Below, piece after piece: positions 1 to 10,374 of a stretch of 30,578 nt of DNA (its first letter is position 1; each line of letters begins with the position of its first letter). The notes under the pieces were generated by a model that worked only from the letters and a program-made list of their open reading frames with translations, searched no databases and was not told the origin of the DNA. Source of the DNA: Gammaproteobacteria bacterium (GTDB taxonomy: Bacteria; Pseudomonadota; Gammaproteobacteria; SURF-13); the NCBI GenBank assembly GCA_043740145.1, contig JAYUCX010000183.1, positions 1-30,578 of the forward strand. The letters are read 5' to 3'. Position numbers and translations under genes: made by a program.

Positions 1-1110
1 ATTCGGGATGAGATCGAACGGCAGGGTGGTCGAATCACCTTTGCTCGTTATATGGAGTTGGCGCTGTATGCGCCCGGACTGGGCTATTACAGCGCCGGGC
101 TGAACAAATTCGGCGCAGCCGGAGATTTTGTCACCGCGCCGGAGATTTCACCGCTGTTTGCACGTAGTGTGGCGCGGCAGTGCCGGCAAGTTCTGCAAGC
201 CTTGGGGGGTGGCGATATCCTGGAATTTGGCGCAGGCTCGGGCGTCATGGCTGCGGATTTGCTGGCTGAATTAGAAGTATTGAACAGCCTACCCCAGCAT
301 TATTTCATTCTCGAGATCAGCGCCGAACTGCGCGAGCGGCAACGGGCGACGTTACTACAGCGTATACCGCACTTGTTGGGGCGCGTCAGTTGGCTCGATG
401 AACTTCCAAAGCAAAAACTGCGTGGCGTTGTATTCGCCAATGAAGTTCTGGACGCGATGCCGGTACACCGCTTTCAGCTCGATGCGGAAGGGGCATCGGA
501 GCTTTACGTTGCTTGCGAGGAAGATACGTTTGCATGGCGGGCAGGGCCGGTAAGCGATCCGGCCTTGGCTGAGCGCATTGCGGAAATTTGCGCTGCGTCG
601 CCTGATCTTAATCCGGGATATAGTTCCGAAATCAATCTGGCCGCGCCAGCCTGGGTGCAGACGGTGGCCGCTGCCATCGAGAGCGGCATGTTACTATTGA
701 TTGATTATGGCCATCCGCATCATGAACTTTATCATCCGCAACGCGCCTGCGGGACCCTGCTCGGTCATTATCGCCACCATGCCCATGACGACCCCTTTTT
801 ATACCCTGGATTGCAGGATATCACCGCGCATGTGGATTTCACCGCGCTCGCCGAGGCGGGCTACAGATCGGGATTGCAAGTCGCGGGCTACACCACCCAG
901 GCGAATTTTTTGCTTGGCTGTGGATTAACCGAACTGGCCTCTGTAGCATCTGCCGATGGAGTCCGCCAGCGTGTCCAACTTGCTGAACAGATCAAGCGGC
1001 TCACCCTGCCGGGTGAAATGGGTGAAACATTCAAGGTGTTAGCGCTGACTCGCGATTTCGACGATCCGTTGCTGGGATTCAGGTTGCGAGATTTGCGCCA
1101 CCGCTTGTAA
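1..1110 (+). CDS. SAM-dependent methyltransferase, MidA/NDUFAF7 family (5' truncated by window edge)
   Basis: Frame is open from base 1 (IRDEIERQGGRITFARYMELALY...). Family motifs GYY...GDFVTAPEIS, LEFGAGSG (SAM motif I), ANEVLDAMP, IDYG, QDITAHVDF. Confidence 0.9.
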   Translation: MRDEIERQGGRITFARYMELALYAPGLGYYSAGLNKFGAAGDFVTAPEISPLFARSVARQCRQVLQALGGGDILEFGAGSGVMAADLLAELEVLNSLPQHYFILEISAELRERQRATLLQRIPHLLGRVSWLDELPKQKLRGVVFANEVLDAMPVHRFQLDAEGASELYVACEEDTFAWRAGPVSDPALAERIAEICAASPDLNPGYSSEINLAAPAWVQTVAAAIESGMLLLIDYGHPHHELYHPQRACGTLLGHYRHHAHDDPFLYPGLQDITAHVDFTALAEAGYRSGLQVAGYTTQANFLLGCGLTELASVASADGVRQRVQLAEQIKRLTLPGEMGETFKVLALTRDFDDPLLGFRLRDLRHRL

Positions 1111-1179
1111 GGAAATTCTTGTATTATCATAGGATCGTCCCCATTTTGGTGTCGTTCGTTATTTTTCAAGGAGATCATC

Positions 1180-1794
1180 ATGCGCAAAACTTTATTAGTC
1201 TTCTGGCTACTATCATCTGTCCTCTGGTTAAGCGGCTGCGGTTACAACACCCTCCAGTCCACCGACGAACAGATCAAGGCGAGCTGGGCGGAGGTATTGA
1301 ACCAATATCAACGTCGCGCCGACCTGGTGCCCAATCTGGTTAAGACGGTGCAGGGTTTTGCCGCGCAGGAAAAAGAGGTGCTGCTCGGCGTGACCAACGC
1401 GCGCGCCAAAGTGGGCACCATACAGGCGACGCCCGAACTCATCAACGACGAACAGGCCTTCCAGAAATTTCTCACCGCGCAGGGCGAGATGACCAGCGCA
1501 TTGCAACGTCTGTTGGTGGTTGCTGAGAATTATCCGCAACTGAAATCAGATGCCTCGTTCCGCGATTTGCAGGCGCAACTCGAAGGCACCGAAAATCGCA
1601 TCGCCGTGGCGCGCAATCGTTATATCAAAGCGGTGCAGGATTATAACGTCACGGTGCGCAGCTTCCCGAGCAACCTCACCGCGAAGCTGTTTGGCTACAA
1701 AACCAAGCCGAGCTTCGAGGTAAAGGACGAGGAGATCATTTCCAAGCCACCAGAGGTAGACTTTGGCCCGCGTCCAGGAGCCCCTGTGCGCTAA
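1180..1794 (+). CDS. lemA: LemA family lipoprotein
   Basis: Lipobox LSGC followed by GYN; YQRRADLVPNLV, ENYPQLK, QLEGTENRIAVAR motifs; AAGGAG RBS at about 1168-1173. Confidence 0.93.
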   Translation: MRKTLLVFWLLSSVLWLSGCGYNTLQSTDEQIKASWAEVLNQYQRRADLVPNLVKTVQGFAAQEKEVLLGVTNARAKVGTIQATPELINDEQAFQKFLTAQGEMTSALQRLLVVAENYPQLKSDASFRDLQAQLEGTENRIAVARNRYIKAVQDYNVTVRSFPSNLTAKLFGYKTKPSFEVKDEEIISKPPEVDFGPRPGAPVR

Positions 1795-2652
1795 ATGCTT
1801 AAAACTCTGTTTCAGGCCCTGCTGTGGTTTTGCCTGGCCACAGCAGTGGCTTATGCCGAGGTAGCGGTACCACCGCTCACCGCGCGGGTGACCGACTTGA
1901 CCGGTACGCTCACGGCTGAGCAGAAGTCGAATCTCAAACAAACTCTACAGGCCTTTGAGGCTAAAAAAGGCAGCCAGATCGCCGTGCTCATCGTGCCGAC
2001 GACTGAGCCCGAGGCCGTCGAGCAGTATTCCATACGTGTGGCGGAGCAATGGAAGCTGGGCCGCAAGGGTGTGGACGACGGTGCGCTATTGCTGATTGCC
2101 AAAAATGACCGCGCCATGCGTATCGAGGTGGGTTATGGTTTGGAGGGCGCACTGCCCGATGCGATCGCCAAACGCATCATCGCCGAGGTCATCACGCCTT
2201 ATTTAAAAAGCGGCGATTTTTACGGTGGGATACAGGCCGGGGTGCAAGTAATGATAAAGGTCATGGAGGGTGAACCTCTACCGCCTCCTCCCCCAGCTTC
2301 AGCGGAAACCACAGCCAGCTCTGTTGAACAATTATTTCCGTTAGCCCTTCTCTTGGCCTTTTTTGTTAGTCCGCTGTTACGTGCGATGGTAGGCCGCCTC
2401 CCTGCTGCACTGACCTCTGGTGCGATTGCGGGAGTGATAGTCTGGTTTGTAATAGGTTCGTTCTTGATAGCGAGCTTTTTGGGTATCCTCATGACGTTGT
2501 TTGCATTATTCGGTGGCTTAGCTACTGGACGCGGCGGATGGGGTGGCGGCTACTCTGGCGGTGGTTTTGGCGGGGGTGGCGGCTCCGGTGGGGGAGGATT
2601 CGGTGGGGGCGGCGGCGGTTTTGGCGGTGGTGGCGCGTCGGGCAGGTGGTAA
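1795..2652 (+). CDS. TPM domain protein (YgcG-like) with C-terminal membrane helices and Gly-rich tail
   Basis: RVTDLTGTL, GSQIAVLIV, WKLGRKGVDDGALLLIA, RIEVGYGLEGALPD; ends in GGGFGGGGASGRW; starts immediately after the lemA stop. Confidence 0.92.
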   Translation: MLKTLFQALLWFCLATAVAYAEVAVPPLTARVTDLTGTLTAEQKSNLKQTLQAFEAKKGSQIAVLIVPTTEPEAVEQYSIRVAEQWKLGRKGVDDGALLLIAKNDRAMRIEVGYGLEGALPDAIAKRIIAEVITPYLKSGDFYGGIQAGVQVMIKVMEGEPLPPPPPASAETTASSVEQLFPLALLLAFFVSPLLRAMVGRLPAALTSGAIAGVIVWFVIGSFLIASFLGILMTLFALFGGLATGRGGWGGGYSGGGFGGGGGSGGGGFGGGGGGFGGGGASGRW

Positions 2653-3149
2653 TGAAGATCTCACGTTGGCTTAGACATCTATGTAGCGGTCACTGGCAAG
2701 TGCAGCGCGCCTTTCCGGTATCCACCATGCACGCGATAGAGGCTGCGATTCGTGAGGCGGAGCGCACTCATCAGGGTGAGATTCGTTTTGCCGTGGAAGC
2801 GGGTTTTGACATCGGCCCATTATTCAAAAATCAGAGCGCGCGTGAGCGCGCCTTGGAGGTTTTTTCTGATCTGCGAGTGTGGGATACCCAACACAACAAC
2901 GGCGTGTTGATTTATCTGCTGCTCGCCGACCGTGATGTCGAGATCGTCGCCGACCGTGGCATCCATGCTCATGTCGGCGCCGAAGGCTGGGAAAAAATCT
3001 GCCGAGTTATGGAGGTGGACTTCCGCTCCGGCCTATTTGAGCAAGGGGTGACTCGCGGCATTAAAGCCGCCGGTGCGCATCTGGATAAGCATTACCCGAA
3101 GCGCGGCGCCGACATCAACGAATTACCGGATAGTCCCACGGTGTTGTAG
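2652..3149 (+). CDS. TPM domain protein (second, shorter gene of the lemA-TPM-TPM triad)
   Basis: Start reassigned to ATG 2652 (TAATG overlap with upstream stop). The W/R-rich extension from 2538 is a shadow of the upstream Gly tail. Motifs AERTHQGEIRFAVE, LRVWDTQHNNGVLIYLLLADRDVEIVADRGI, INELPD. Confidence 0.88.
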   Translation: MKISRWLRHLCSGHWQVQRAFPVSTMHAIEAAIREAERTHQGEIRFAVEAGFDIGPLFKNQSARERALEVFSDLRVWDTQHNNGVLIYLLLADRDVEIVADRGIHAHVGAEGWEKICRVMEVDFRSGLFEQGVTRGIKAAGAHLDKHYPKRGADINELPDSPTVL

Positions 3150-3181
3150 ACCATAACGCCTGTATTGGTCGCCGAGTCAGG

Positions 3182-3262
3182 GTAGGGGGTAGGCACCGCT
3201 TCTGTGCCCACCACTGGTATTCGTTAATTTCCGCGTGGGTACATAAGGCGTGCTCACCCTCC
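3182..3262. repeat. Degenerate GTAG-type REP doublet (REPIN-like) between convergent genes
   Basis: GTAGggggtaggcac...gtgcccacc...gcgtgggtac...gtgctcaccct. Nested imperfect inverted repeats (gtgcccac/gtgggtac; ggtaggcac/gtgctcacc) with a GTAG foot. Confidence 0.55.
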
Positions 3263-3286
3263 GTCTAATGATTGGTATCCGGCGGT

Positions 3287-4516
3287 TCAGTCCTGCTCAT
3301 GTTGATTGCGGCATGCATGGACAATCGCCGTCAGCCTTAGGTTGCGCAGTTCCCGCGCCATCGCTTCTCCGTTAAACCCGGCGGTGGCGAGGGGCTGTGG
3401 ATCCACACTGCTATAGGCGCGTAAGGCAGTGCGGAAGATATCGGCTTGCGGGTAAGGATCGTCTTCATAACCCGGACGCCCGCGGATGTCGGCCTGGCAG
3501 GCGAGTAAAAACTGCTCGAAGCGTTCCGGGCGGCGCGCGGCGTCGAGCGCTTCCAATTTTTCCAGCAGCGTAGCGGGGCGTAATTCATCGGCGCGGTGAC
3601 AGTCGCCGTGATATCTGGCGACGAGCACGGCGAGGTCGCGGTACTCGTTGGGCATGCGAAAGCGCGTGCAAATCGTCTTTACCAAGTCCACGCTGCGTTC
3701 TTCATGGCCGATGTGGCGCGGCCACTCCGCGGGCGGCGTCGTACCCTTGCCCAGATCATGCAGCAGTGCGGCGAAGCGCACCCGTGCATCGCTGGATAGG
3801 CGGGTCGCCTGATCGAGCACCATCATCACGTGTACGCCGGTGTCTATCTCCGGGTGGTATTGTGCGGGTTGAGGCACGCCGTAGAGGCGTTCGAGTTCAG
3901 GGAATAATTTTTCCAGTGCGCTACAGTCATGCAGCACTTCAAAAAAACGCGAGGGTCGGATTTCTCCCAGAGCGCGTTCCAACTCCGCCCACACGCGTTC
4001 CGGCACGAGCGCATCCACCTCGCCGTTTTTCACCATCTGTCGCATGAGGGCGTTGGTCTCATCGGCGATGTGAAACTCCATAAAGCGCGCTGCGAAGCGC
4101 GCCACTCTCAAGATGCGCACCGGGTCTTCGGCAAAGGCGGGCGAGACGTGGCGCAGGAGTTTATTTTTCAGATCTTGCGCGCCATTGAAGGGATCAATAA
4201 GGCTGCCGTCTTCGCGCATCGCCATGGCGTTGATGGTAAGATCACGGCGCTTGAGATCTTCTTCCAGGGTGACATCGGGCGCGGCATGCACGGTGAAGCC
4301 TTTGTAGCCGGGCGCAGTCTTGCGCTCGGTGCGCGCGAGCGCATATTCCTCGTGGGTGTCGGGATGCAGAAACACGGGGAAGTCCGCGCCGACCAGTTTG
4401 AAACCGCGCGCCTCCATCTCCGCCGGCGTGGCGCCGACCACCACCCAGTCGCGATCCGTAACCGGTAGACCGAGGAGCTTGTCGCGCACGGCGCCGCCGA
4501 CCTGGTAGATCTCCAT
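3287..4516 (-). CDS. cca: Multifunctional CCA tRNA nucleotidyltransferase with HD phosphatase domain
   Basis: Likely start [12 protein letters not shown] at 4516. [55 protein letters not shown] (HD domain). Confidence 0.95.
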   Translation of the reverse strand: MEIYQVGGAVRDKLLGLPVTDRDWVVVGATPAEMEARGFKLVGADFPVFLHPDTHEEYALARTERKTAPGYKGFTVHAAPDVTLEEDLKRRDLTINAMAMREDGSLIDPFNGAQDLKNKLLRHVSPAFAEDPVRILRVARFAARFMEFHIADETNALMRQMVKNGEVDALVPERVWAELERALGEIRPSRFFEVLHDCSALEKLFPELERLYGVPQPAQYHPEIDTGVHVMMVLDQATRLSSDARVRFAALLHDLGKGTTPPAEWPRHIGHEERSVDLVKTICTRFRMPNEYRDLAVLVARYHGDCHRADELRPATLLEKLEALDAARRPERFEQFLLACQADIRGRPGYEDDPYPQADIFRTALRAYSSVDPQPLATAGFNGEAMARELRNLRLTAIVHACRNQHEQD

Positions 4517-4526
4517 CAGTGTCTCG

Positions 4527-5486
4527 TCACCGGTGGCCCGCGCTGCGCCGGTAGTCGGAGTAGCGCGCCTTGCTTCGCTGTTGTGCAAGGTAGATGGGTA
4601 CTACCGATTCCAGCGGCGTCGGGGTGAGATCAAACGGCAACGGTACGGCTCCATGACAGACACTGTCCTTTTGCAGAGAAAGATAATTATCTATGGAAAA
4701 GGGTTTGCCGGGCAGATACTCGAAGAGACGCGCCTGGAGGCGCGATAGAGTATCGCTTAGTTCGATGATGCGGCGCTTCACGCCGATGATATGGGCGGTG
4801 TACTCGACCAATTTCAGGAGTGTGTAAATGCGCGGGCCGCACAGTTCGTAGCGCTGGCCGTAACTGGCGGGTTCCGTCAGTGCACGGCAAAACACCTGTG
4901 CAACATCTTCCACATAGACCGGCGCAAAGCGCGCGTTGGGACAGGCAAGCGGAAAAAACACCGGCATCATCTTTAACAATTTTGTGAAGCGATTGAAAAA
5001 GCTGTCCTCGGGGCCGAAGACCACCGAGGGCCGGAAGCTGGTGACGTGGATGCCTTGTGCATTGTGAACCAAATCTTCGCCCCGGCCCTTGCTGCGCAGA
5101 TAATGGCTTGGCCCGTGCAGCGCATCGGCGTTGAGCGCACTCATGTGCAGCAGCCGCTTGATACCGGTAGCAGAACAAGCCTCGACCACCTTGCGGGGGA
5201 GTTCTACATGGGCGTAGTGAAAACCACTGCCATCATGGCCCTTCTCATTAAGAAGGCCGACCAGGTTGATGACGGCATCGCAACCTTTGAATAGTTCGGT
5301 CAATGTCTGTGGATCGTGGATATCGGCCTCGATCAATTCTAGGGTGGGTAGCACCAGCAAATCTTTGTGCCGTTCGCGGTGGCGGGTGGGCACACGTATC
5401 TCGTAATCCTGCTCGAGCAGGGTATGAGCGATGTGTCGCCCGACAAATCCGCTACCCCCCAGGATACAAATTTTGCGCAGCCGCAT
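4527..5486 (-). CDS. NAD(P)-binding atypical SDR, complex I NDUFA9 subunit family
   Basis: N-terminal GGSGFVG Rossmann motif; [41 protein letters not shown]. Confidence 0.88.
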   Translation of the reverse strand: MRLRKICILGGSGFVGRHIAHTLLEQDYEIRVPTRHRERHKDLLVLPTLELIEADIHDPQTLTELFKGCDAVINLVGLLNEKGHDGSGFHYAHVELPRKVVEACSATGIKRLLHMSALNADALHGPSHYLRSKGRGEDLVHNAQGIHVTSFRPSVVFGPEDSFFNRFTKLLKMMPVFFPLACPNARFAPVYVEDVAQVFCRALTEPASYGQRYELCGPRIYTLLKLVEYTAHIIGVKRRIIELSDTLSRLQARLFEYLPGKPFSIDNYLSLQKDSVCHGAVPLPFDLTPTPLESVVPIYLAQQRSKARYSDYRRSAGHR

Positions 5487-5509
5487 GACGGGAGTCTCTG
5501 ACTAATAGG

Positions 5510-7513
5510 TTATTCGGGACCGATGTCCTGCATCCGTTTTTTCAAAGGAATGATTTCACGGCTGAGACGCTGATAGAAGATGGTAGTGTAGGCCATGACC
5601 TGCTGGATATAATTGCGCGTTTCCGTAAAGGGCACATTTTCCACCCAAATATCGGCGGGCATGCTGGCGGCCGGTAGCCACTGTTTGACGCGCTGCGGCC
5701 CTGCATTGTACGACGCAGTCGCGCGTATCACGTCGCTGCTGTTCTCATCCAGCACCTGGCGCAGATAGGCGCTTCCCAACTGGATGTTTTTATCCGCATC
5801 GAGCAGTTCGCTCGTGCCGCGCAACGGTGTGTTTAATAGTTGCGCGGTGTGTTTTCCGGTTGCGGGCATGAGTTGCATTAGCCCCAGTGCACCGGCGCTG
5901 GAACGGGCATCCACTGAGAACGCGCTTTCCTGACGCATTACGCCGTAGATCCAGGCGGGGTCGAGACCCTGTGTTTCGGCGCTCGCCAACACCTGGTCGC
6001 GGAACAGCACCGGAAAGCGCACCTCCAGATCATCGAAGTAATTCGCCTTGGCGCTGGCGATGATGGCGCGATCATGCCAGCCCCAGCGATGCGCGACAAC
6101 CGCCGCCAGTTGCCGCTGACGCGAATCGGCCGCCGCGACAAAGTAATCCCACTCGCGGCGTGCTTCGGTAATCATGCCAAGCTCGTAGAGTTCGCGGGCG
6201 CGCACCATGCCGGGCCGTGACATAAAGTCGCGCAATTCGGTTTCTGTCATGGGTGTTGGCTTGTGAGTAATTTCATAAGAGCGGCCTAAGCGGTCGGCGG
6301 CCAGGAAACCGTAATAGCTGCGTTGTGATGCAAGCTCGGAATAAATTTGTTCTGCGGAGATTTCAGGAGCGCCCGATCCTTGAGGGGCATCGTTTGGAGC
6401 CTTAGTCGCCGCGCCTTGCTCGAGCGCGCGTGCGCGCCAATAACGCCACTGCTCCTTGTCGCGCTCTTCGTTGGGCAGGGCCTCAATCCAATTCAGTGCG
6501 GTATTCCAATCCTGCTTGGCGAGCGCCGCCTTGATTCGCCATTGACGTACGGTGTCATCGAGTTGCGCCGGTTGCAGCGCCGCGAGCCATTCCAGAGCCT
6601 CAGGCTGACGTTGCAAGGCGGCCCTGAGTGCGATTTCACGCTGCGCCGCCGCTTGTTCCGCTTCGCTGAATGGGTAAGCATCCTTGAGCCGTTCCCACTG
6701 GCCGGCGGCGGCTTGCGCATCATCACGCGCCAGTCGCTTCATTCCATACAGCACAATCTCCCGCGCCTTGGGGCCATCGCCGGTTAAATCAGGGTGCTCG
6801 AGCATCTGCTCCGGGTCTTTGTGCATCCGCTGCCAGCGCGTAACCCAGGCACGATCCTGCTTATCAAGATCACTCGCCAGACTTTGTGCGAGACTGAGCT
6901 GGCGGTTATCCATCGCCAGGCGGATGCGTTGCCAGACCAGCTCGGAAGTCAAACGCCCGTTGCGCCGCAGAATCTTGAACAATGGATCGCATTGAGCCGG
7001 TAGGGATTTACCTACCAACCACAATCCCTGTACCTCATCCAGCCACTTGCTAGAAGGGGTTTCCGAGCCCGAGGTGCGCAGACTTGCCTCCAGGGCGTAG
7101 CACTGCAACACCGTATTTCCCGGCGGGTGCTTCGGATATTCTTGTAGATAGGCATCCCAGCGGCCTTCACCGGCCAGCATATTGAGCCGGGCCTCGTGCA
7201 GCCGGACGCCGATCGGCGAGTCACCATAGCGCGTAAGGAAATCCTGAATCTCGCTGTCGGGCGATTTGTCGAGACGGGTGCGCAGATACTCGTAGCGCAA
7301 ATAACCCAGCAGTGGATAATCTTGCAGTTGTTCGAGTAGTTGTTGGTAGACACGCAGGTTGCCATCCTCAAGCGCCTGCTTTGCCTCCCAAAATGCCAGA
7401 CGTTCGGCGTCGTAATTGACCGCATCAGGATCGGGCGGCTCGGCGCTGCTTGCGAGCGGCGAGAAGAGGCTCAACAAGACAATTAAACCACTATAACCAA
7501 AAAGCTTCATCAC
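5510..7513 (-). CDS. slt: Soluble lytic murein transglycosylase (Slt70 type)
   Basis: Signal peptide, helical N-terminal region (YPLLGYL, WRYWRAR, SYYGFLAA), C-terminal SLT domain MRQESAF, ALGLMQLMP, SYNAGP, ETRNY. Confidence 0.93.
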   Translation of the reverse strand: MMKLFGYSGLIVLLSLFSPLASSAEPPDPDAVNYDAERLAFWEAKQALEDGNLRVYQQLLEQLQDYPLLGYLRYEYLRTRLDKSPDSEIQDFLTRYGDSPIGVRLHEARLNMLAGEGRWDAYLQEYPKHPPGNTVLQCYALEASLRTSGSETPSSKWLDEVQGLWLVGKSLPAQCDPLFKILRRNGRLTSELVWQRIRLAMDNRQLSLAQSLASDLDKQDRAWVTRWQRMHKDPEQMLEHPDLTGDGPKAREIVLYGMKRLARDDAQAAAGQWERLKDAYPFSEAEQAAAQREIALRAALQRQPEALEWLAALQPAQLDDTVRQWRIKAALAKQDWNTALNWIEALPNEERDKEQWRYWRARALEQGAATKAPNDAPQGSGAPEISAEQIYSELASQRSYYGFLAADRLGRSYEITHKPTPMTETELRDFMSRPGMVRARELYELGMITEARREWDYFVAAADSRQRQLAAVVAHRWGWHDRAIIASAKANYFDDLEVRFPVLFRDQVLASAETQGLDPAWIYGVMRQESAFSVDARSSAGALGLMQLMPATGKHTAQLLNTPLRGTSELLDADKNIQLGSAYLRQVLDENSSDVIRATASYNAGPQRVKQWLPAASMPADIWVENVPFTETRNYIQQVMAYTTIFYQRLSREIIPLKKRMQDIGPE

Positions 7514-7581
7514 CGTATAATAACCCTGACTTTACCCGCCGACGGTTCGTCCATTCAAGAGTAGCTCAACAGGGGCATTAT

Positions 7582-8946
7582 ATGACATTCATGAGCATCA
7601 ATCCCGCCAGTGGCGAGACATTGCCATCGGTCGAGCCGTGGGGCGAGGCGCGGTTGGAGCAAGCGCTGGCCAAGGCGGCGCTGACCGCTCCGCTGTGGGC
7701 TGGACATAGTCCGGCGGAGCGTGCCGGCCTGCTAGGCAGACTGGCGCCCCTGCTGCGCGCTGAACAAGACCTTCTCGCCCGGCTCATTACCCAAGAGATG
7801 GGAAAACTGCTGCGTGAGTCACGCGCCGAGATAGAAAAGTGCGCCTGGGGCTGTGAGCACTATGCCGAACATGGTGCAGCGGCGCTGGCCGATGAGCAAG
7901 TCACGACCGATGCCTCCTGCAGCTACGTATGTTTTCAACCCCTGGGCACGGTATTGGCGATCATGCCGTGGAACTTCCCCTTTTGGCAGGTATTTCGCTG
8001 CGCACTGCCCGCCTTGCTGGCGGGTAATGCCGTGCTCCTCAAGCACGCCTCCACAGTGTTTAACTGCGCGTTGGCGATAGAAGCCTTGTTTACCAAGGCC
8101 GGACTCCCGGAGGGTGTGTTTCAGAGCCTGATGATTAGCAGCGACGAAGTTGAAAAGGTCATCGCCGATCCGCGCGTGCATGCGGTGAGCCTCACCGGCA
8201 GCGTCGCCGCCGGCCGTCAGGTCGCCGGTCTGGCGGGGATACACCTCAAAAAACTCGTTCTGGAATTAGGCGGATCGGACTCCTTCATCGTGCTGGATGA
8301 CGCCGATCTTGAGTTCACCGTGCAGCATGCGGTCACGGCGCGTTTCCAAAACGCCGGACAAAGCTGCATCGCCGCCAAGCGTTTCATCGTCACGCCTGCT
8401 ATCGCCGAGGCATTTATCGAACGCTTCCAGCACGCCGTCGAGCAACTGAGTCCCGGCGATCCCATGCTGGAGACTACCACGCTCGCGCCGCTCGCCCGCA
8501 TCAGCCAACGCGATGCGCTTCACCAGCAAGTGACCGACAGCATTGCTTACGGCGCAGTACCTGTGACCGGTTGTGTGCCCTTGCCCGGCCCGGGCGCCTA
8601 TTATGCACCCTCCATACTCGATCATGTGGGCCATCAAACGCGCGCTTATCATGAAGAACTGTTCGGCCCGGTGGCGTGCGTCATTCGCGCCAGCGATGAA
8701 GAAGACGCCGTGCGCATCGCCAATGACACGCGGTTTGGTCTAGGCGGCAGCGTGTGGACACGCGATACCGCGCGTGGGGAACGTTTAGCGCGCAGGCTGC
8801 AATGCGGACTTGCGTTCGTGAATGGCGTTGTGAAAAGTGATCCACGTTTGCCGTTCGGCGGCGTCAAGGACTCCGGCTATGGACGCGAGTTGTCTTATTT
8901 TGGAGTACGCGAATTTGTGAACATTAAAACGGTGTGGATTAAATAA
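7582..8946 (+). CDS. NAD(P)-dependent aldehyde dehydrogenase, succinate-semialdehyde dehydrogenase (Sad/GabD1)-like family
   Basis: Start at ATG 7582 after AGGGG. MPWNFP, LKHAS, LTGS, LELGGSD (catalytic Glu), QSCIA (catalytic Cys), EELFGPV, PFGGVKDSGYGRE. Confidence 0.9.
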   Translation: MTFMSINPASGETLPSVEPWGEARLEQALAKAALTAPLWAGHSPAERAGLLGRLAPLLRAEQDLLARLITQEMGKLLRESRAEIEKCAWGCEHYAEHGAAALADEQVTTDASCSYVCFQPLGTVLAIMPWNFPFWQVFRCALPALLAGNAVLLKHASTVFNCALAIEALFTKAGLPEGVFQSLMISSDEVEKVIADPRVHAVSLTGSVAAGRQVAGLAGIHLKKLVLELGGSDSFIVLDDADLEFTVQHAVTARFQNAGQSCIAAKRFIVTPAIAEAFIERFQHAVEQLSPGDPMLETTTLAPLARISQRDALHQQVTDSIAYGAVPVTGCVPLPGPGAYYAPSILDHVGHQTRAYHEELFGPVACVIRASDEEDAVRIANDTRFGLGGSVWTRDTARGERLARRLQCGLAFVNGVVKSDPRLPFGGVKDSGYGRELSYFGVREFVNIKTVWIK

Positions 8947-8947
8947 T

Positions 8948-9739
8948 TTGGAAACATTCCTGCTCTATCCGCTGGTTGGCGCCTTGGTCGGCGTCATCGC
9001 GGGTCTGTTCGGGGTGGGTGGCGGACTGATTGTAGTCCCGTTCCTGGTGTTCATCTTTCGCGGCCAGGGAATGCCGCCGGAAACGATCATGCATCTTGCC
9101 ATCGGTACCTCGCTCGCCACCATCATGGTCACCTCACTCTCATCGGTGCGCGCCCATCACCGGCATGGCGCGGTGTTATGGCCTGTGGTCCTTAAACTGA
9201 CCCCGGGCATCATCGCCGGAACCCTGCTCGGCGCCGCTATCGTGGACCAACTCCCCAACAACACCCTGCGTATCATCTTCGGCGTATTCGAACTACTGGT
9301 TGCCGCGCAGATCGGCTTCGGCATCAAGACCGCTCCGCATCGGCAACTGCCTGGTAGGGTAGGCATGAGTGCAACAGGCGGCGTGATTGGCGTAGTATCA
9401 GCCATTGTCGGCATCGGCGGCGGCACACTCACCGTACCGTTCCTGGTATGGTGCAATATCGGTATCCGCCAAGCGGTGGCGACCTCCGCCGCCTGCGGTT
9501 TGCCGATAGCAGCGGCCGGGACGATAGGATTTATCATCGCCGGCTGGAATGAGGCGCAACTTCCCCCGTTGACCACGGGCTATGTCTACTGGCCCGCATT
9601 CGCCGGCATCGCATTCGCCAGCGTCCTATTCGCCCCCCTCGGCGCCAAACTCGCGCACACTTTACCCGCCGATAAATTAAAACGCTTTTTCGCCATATTC
9701 CTGGCCGTGCTGGGTATACGCATGTTGTTACTGGGTTAA
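8948..9739 (+). CDS. TauE/SafE family sulfite/organosulfonate exporter
   Basis: TTG start 1 nt after upstream stop; about 8 hydrophobic helices; GLFGVGGG..VP and GIGGG..VP duplicated motifs; AIGTSLA. Confidence 0.88.
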   Translation: METFLLYPLVGALVGVIAGLFGVGGGLIVVPFLVFIFRGQGMPPETIMHLAIGTSLATIMVTSLSSVRAHHRHGAVLWPVVLKLTPGIIAGTLLGAAIVDQLPNNTLRIIFGVFELLVAAQIGFGIKTAPHRQLPGRVGMSATGGVIGVVSAIVGIGGGTLTVPFLVWCNIGIRQAVATSAACGLPIAAAGTIGFIIAGWNEAQLPPLTTGYVYWPAFAGIAFASVLFAPLGAKLAHTLPADKLKRFFAIFLAVLGIRMLLLG

Positions 9740-9843
9740 GCGTAGCGAGGTTAAAAATCAGAGATGCTACAGCCCGTTGTGATTTTGCGTGTCAGGTTGA
9801 CGTAATAAGTGACATCATATTAGGGTGTTTATTCCAAGTTAGA

Positions 9844-10374
9844 TTGCCAATCACCTTCATGACGAAGAACAGAATTCCGATTTCAGCGGATCAATCTGCC
9901 GAGGTGATGTTTGCATCGGACCGAACCTGTTGTATATGTAACGAACGCGGCAAGACCGTTCAGATACATCATATTGATGATGATCCAAGCAACAACGGTA
10001 GAGAGAATCTAGCCGTTCTATGTCTAGAATGTCATAACGATACCCAAATCAAAGGTGGTTTCGGGCGCAAGCTAAACAGTGACTTAGTCATCAAATACCG
10101 CGACAAATGGTTGTTAAGAGTAAAACGGCGTCGGGACGAGGCAGATAAACTAGCCGTAAGTAAGGCGTCAGGAGTTAGGACACGTGTACAGAAAATCGAG
10201 ACAATCCCCTATTCTGAAGAACGATCAGACGCGATCTTAGGGTATGTGAACTCTCTTCCGGCTCTACGAAAAGAGCTACGACAAAAGGCGCAATTGGAGT
10301 GGGGTAGTGGAGTGACGTCTCGAATGGTCGCTGCATCCTATGAATATGAGGAAGTAGGCGATGTGCATCTTTGA
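9844..10374 (+). CDS. HNH endonuclease-domain protein (start may be ATG 9859; possibly 3'-truncated)
   Basis: CCIC...VQIHHIDDDPSNN...NLAVLCLECHN zinc-binding HNH fold; visibly more AT-rich than neighbours. Confidence 0.7.
   Translation: MPITFMTKNRIPISADQSAEVMFASDRTCCICNERGKTVQIHHIDDDPSNNGRENLAVLCLECHNDTQIKGGFGRKLNSDLVIKYRDKWLLRVKRRRDEADKLAVSKASGVRTRVQKIETIPYSEERSDAILGYVNSLPALRKELRQKAQLEWGSGVTSRMVAASYEYEEVGDVHL

Noticed and set aside
2538-2651. Trp/Arg-rich N-terminal extension of the second TPM ORF
   Set aside because: It is the shifted reading of the upstream GGN-rich glycine tail; ATG 2652 overlaps the upstream stop.
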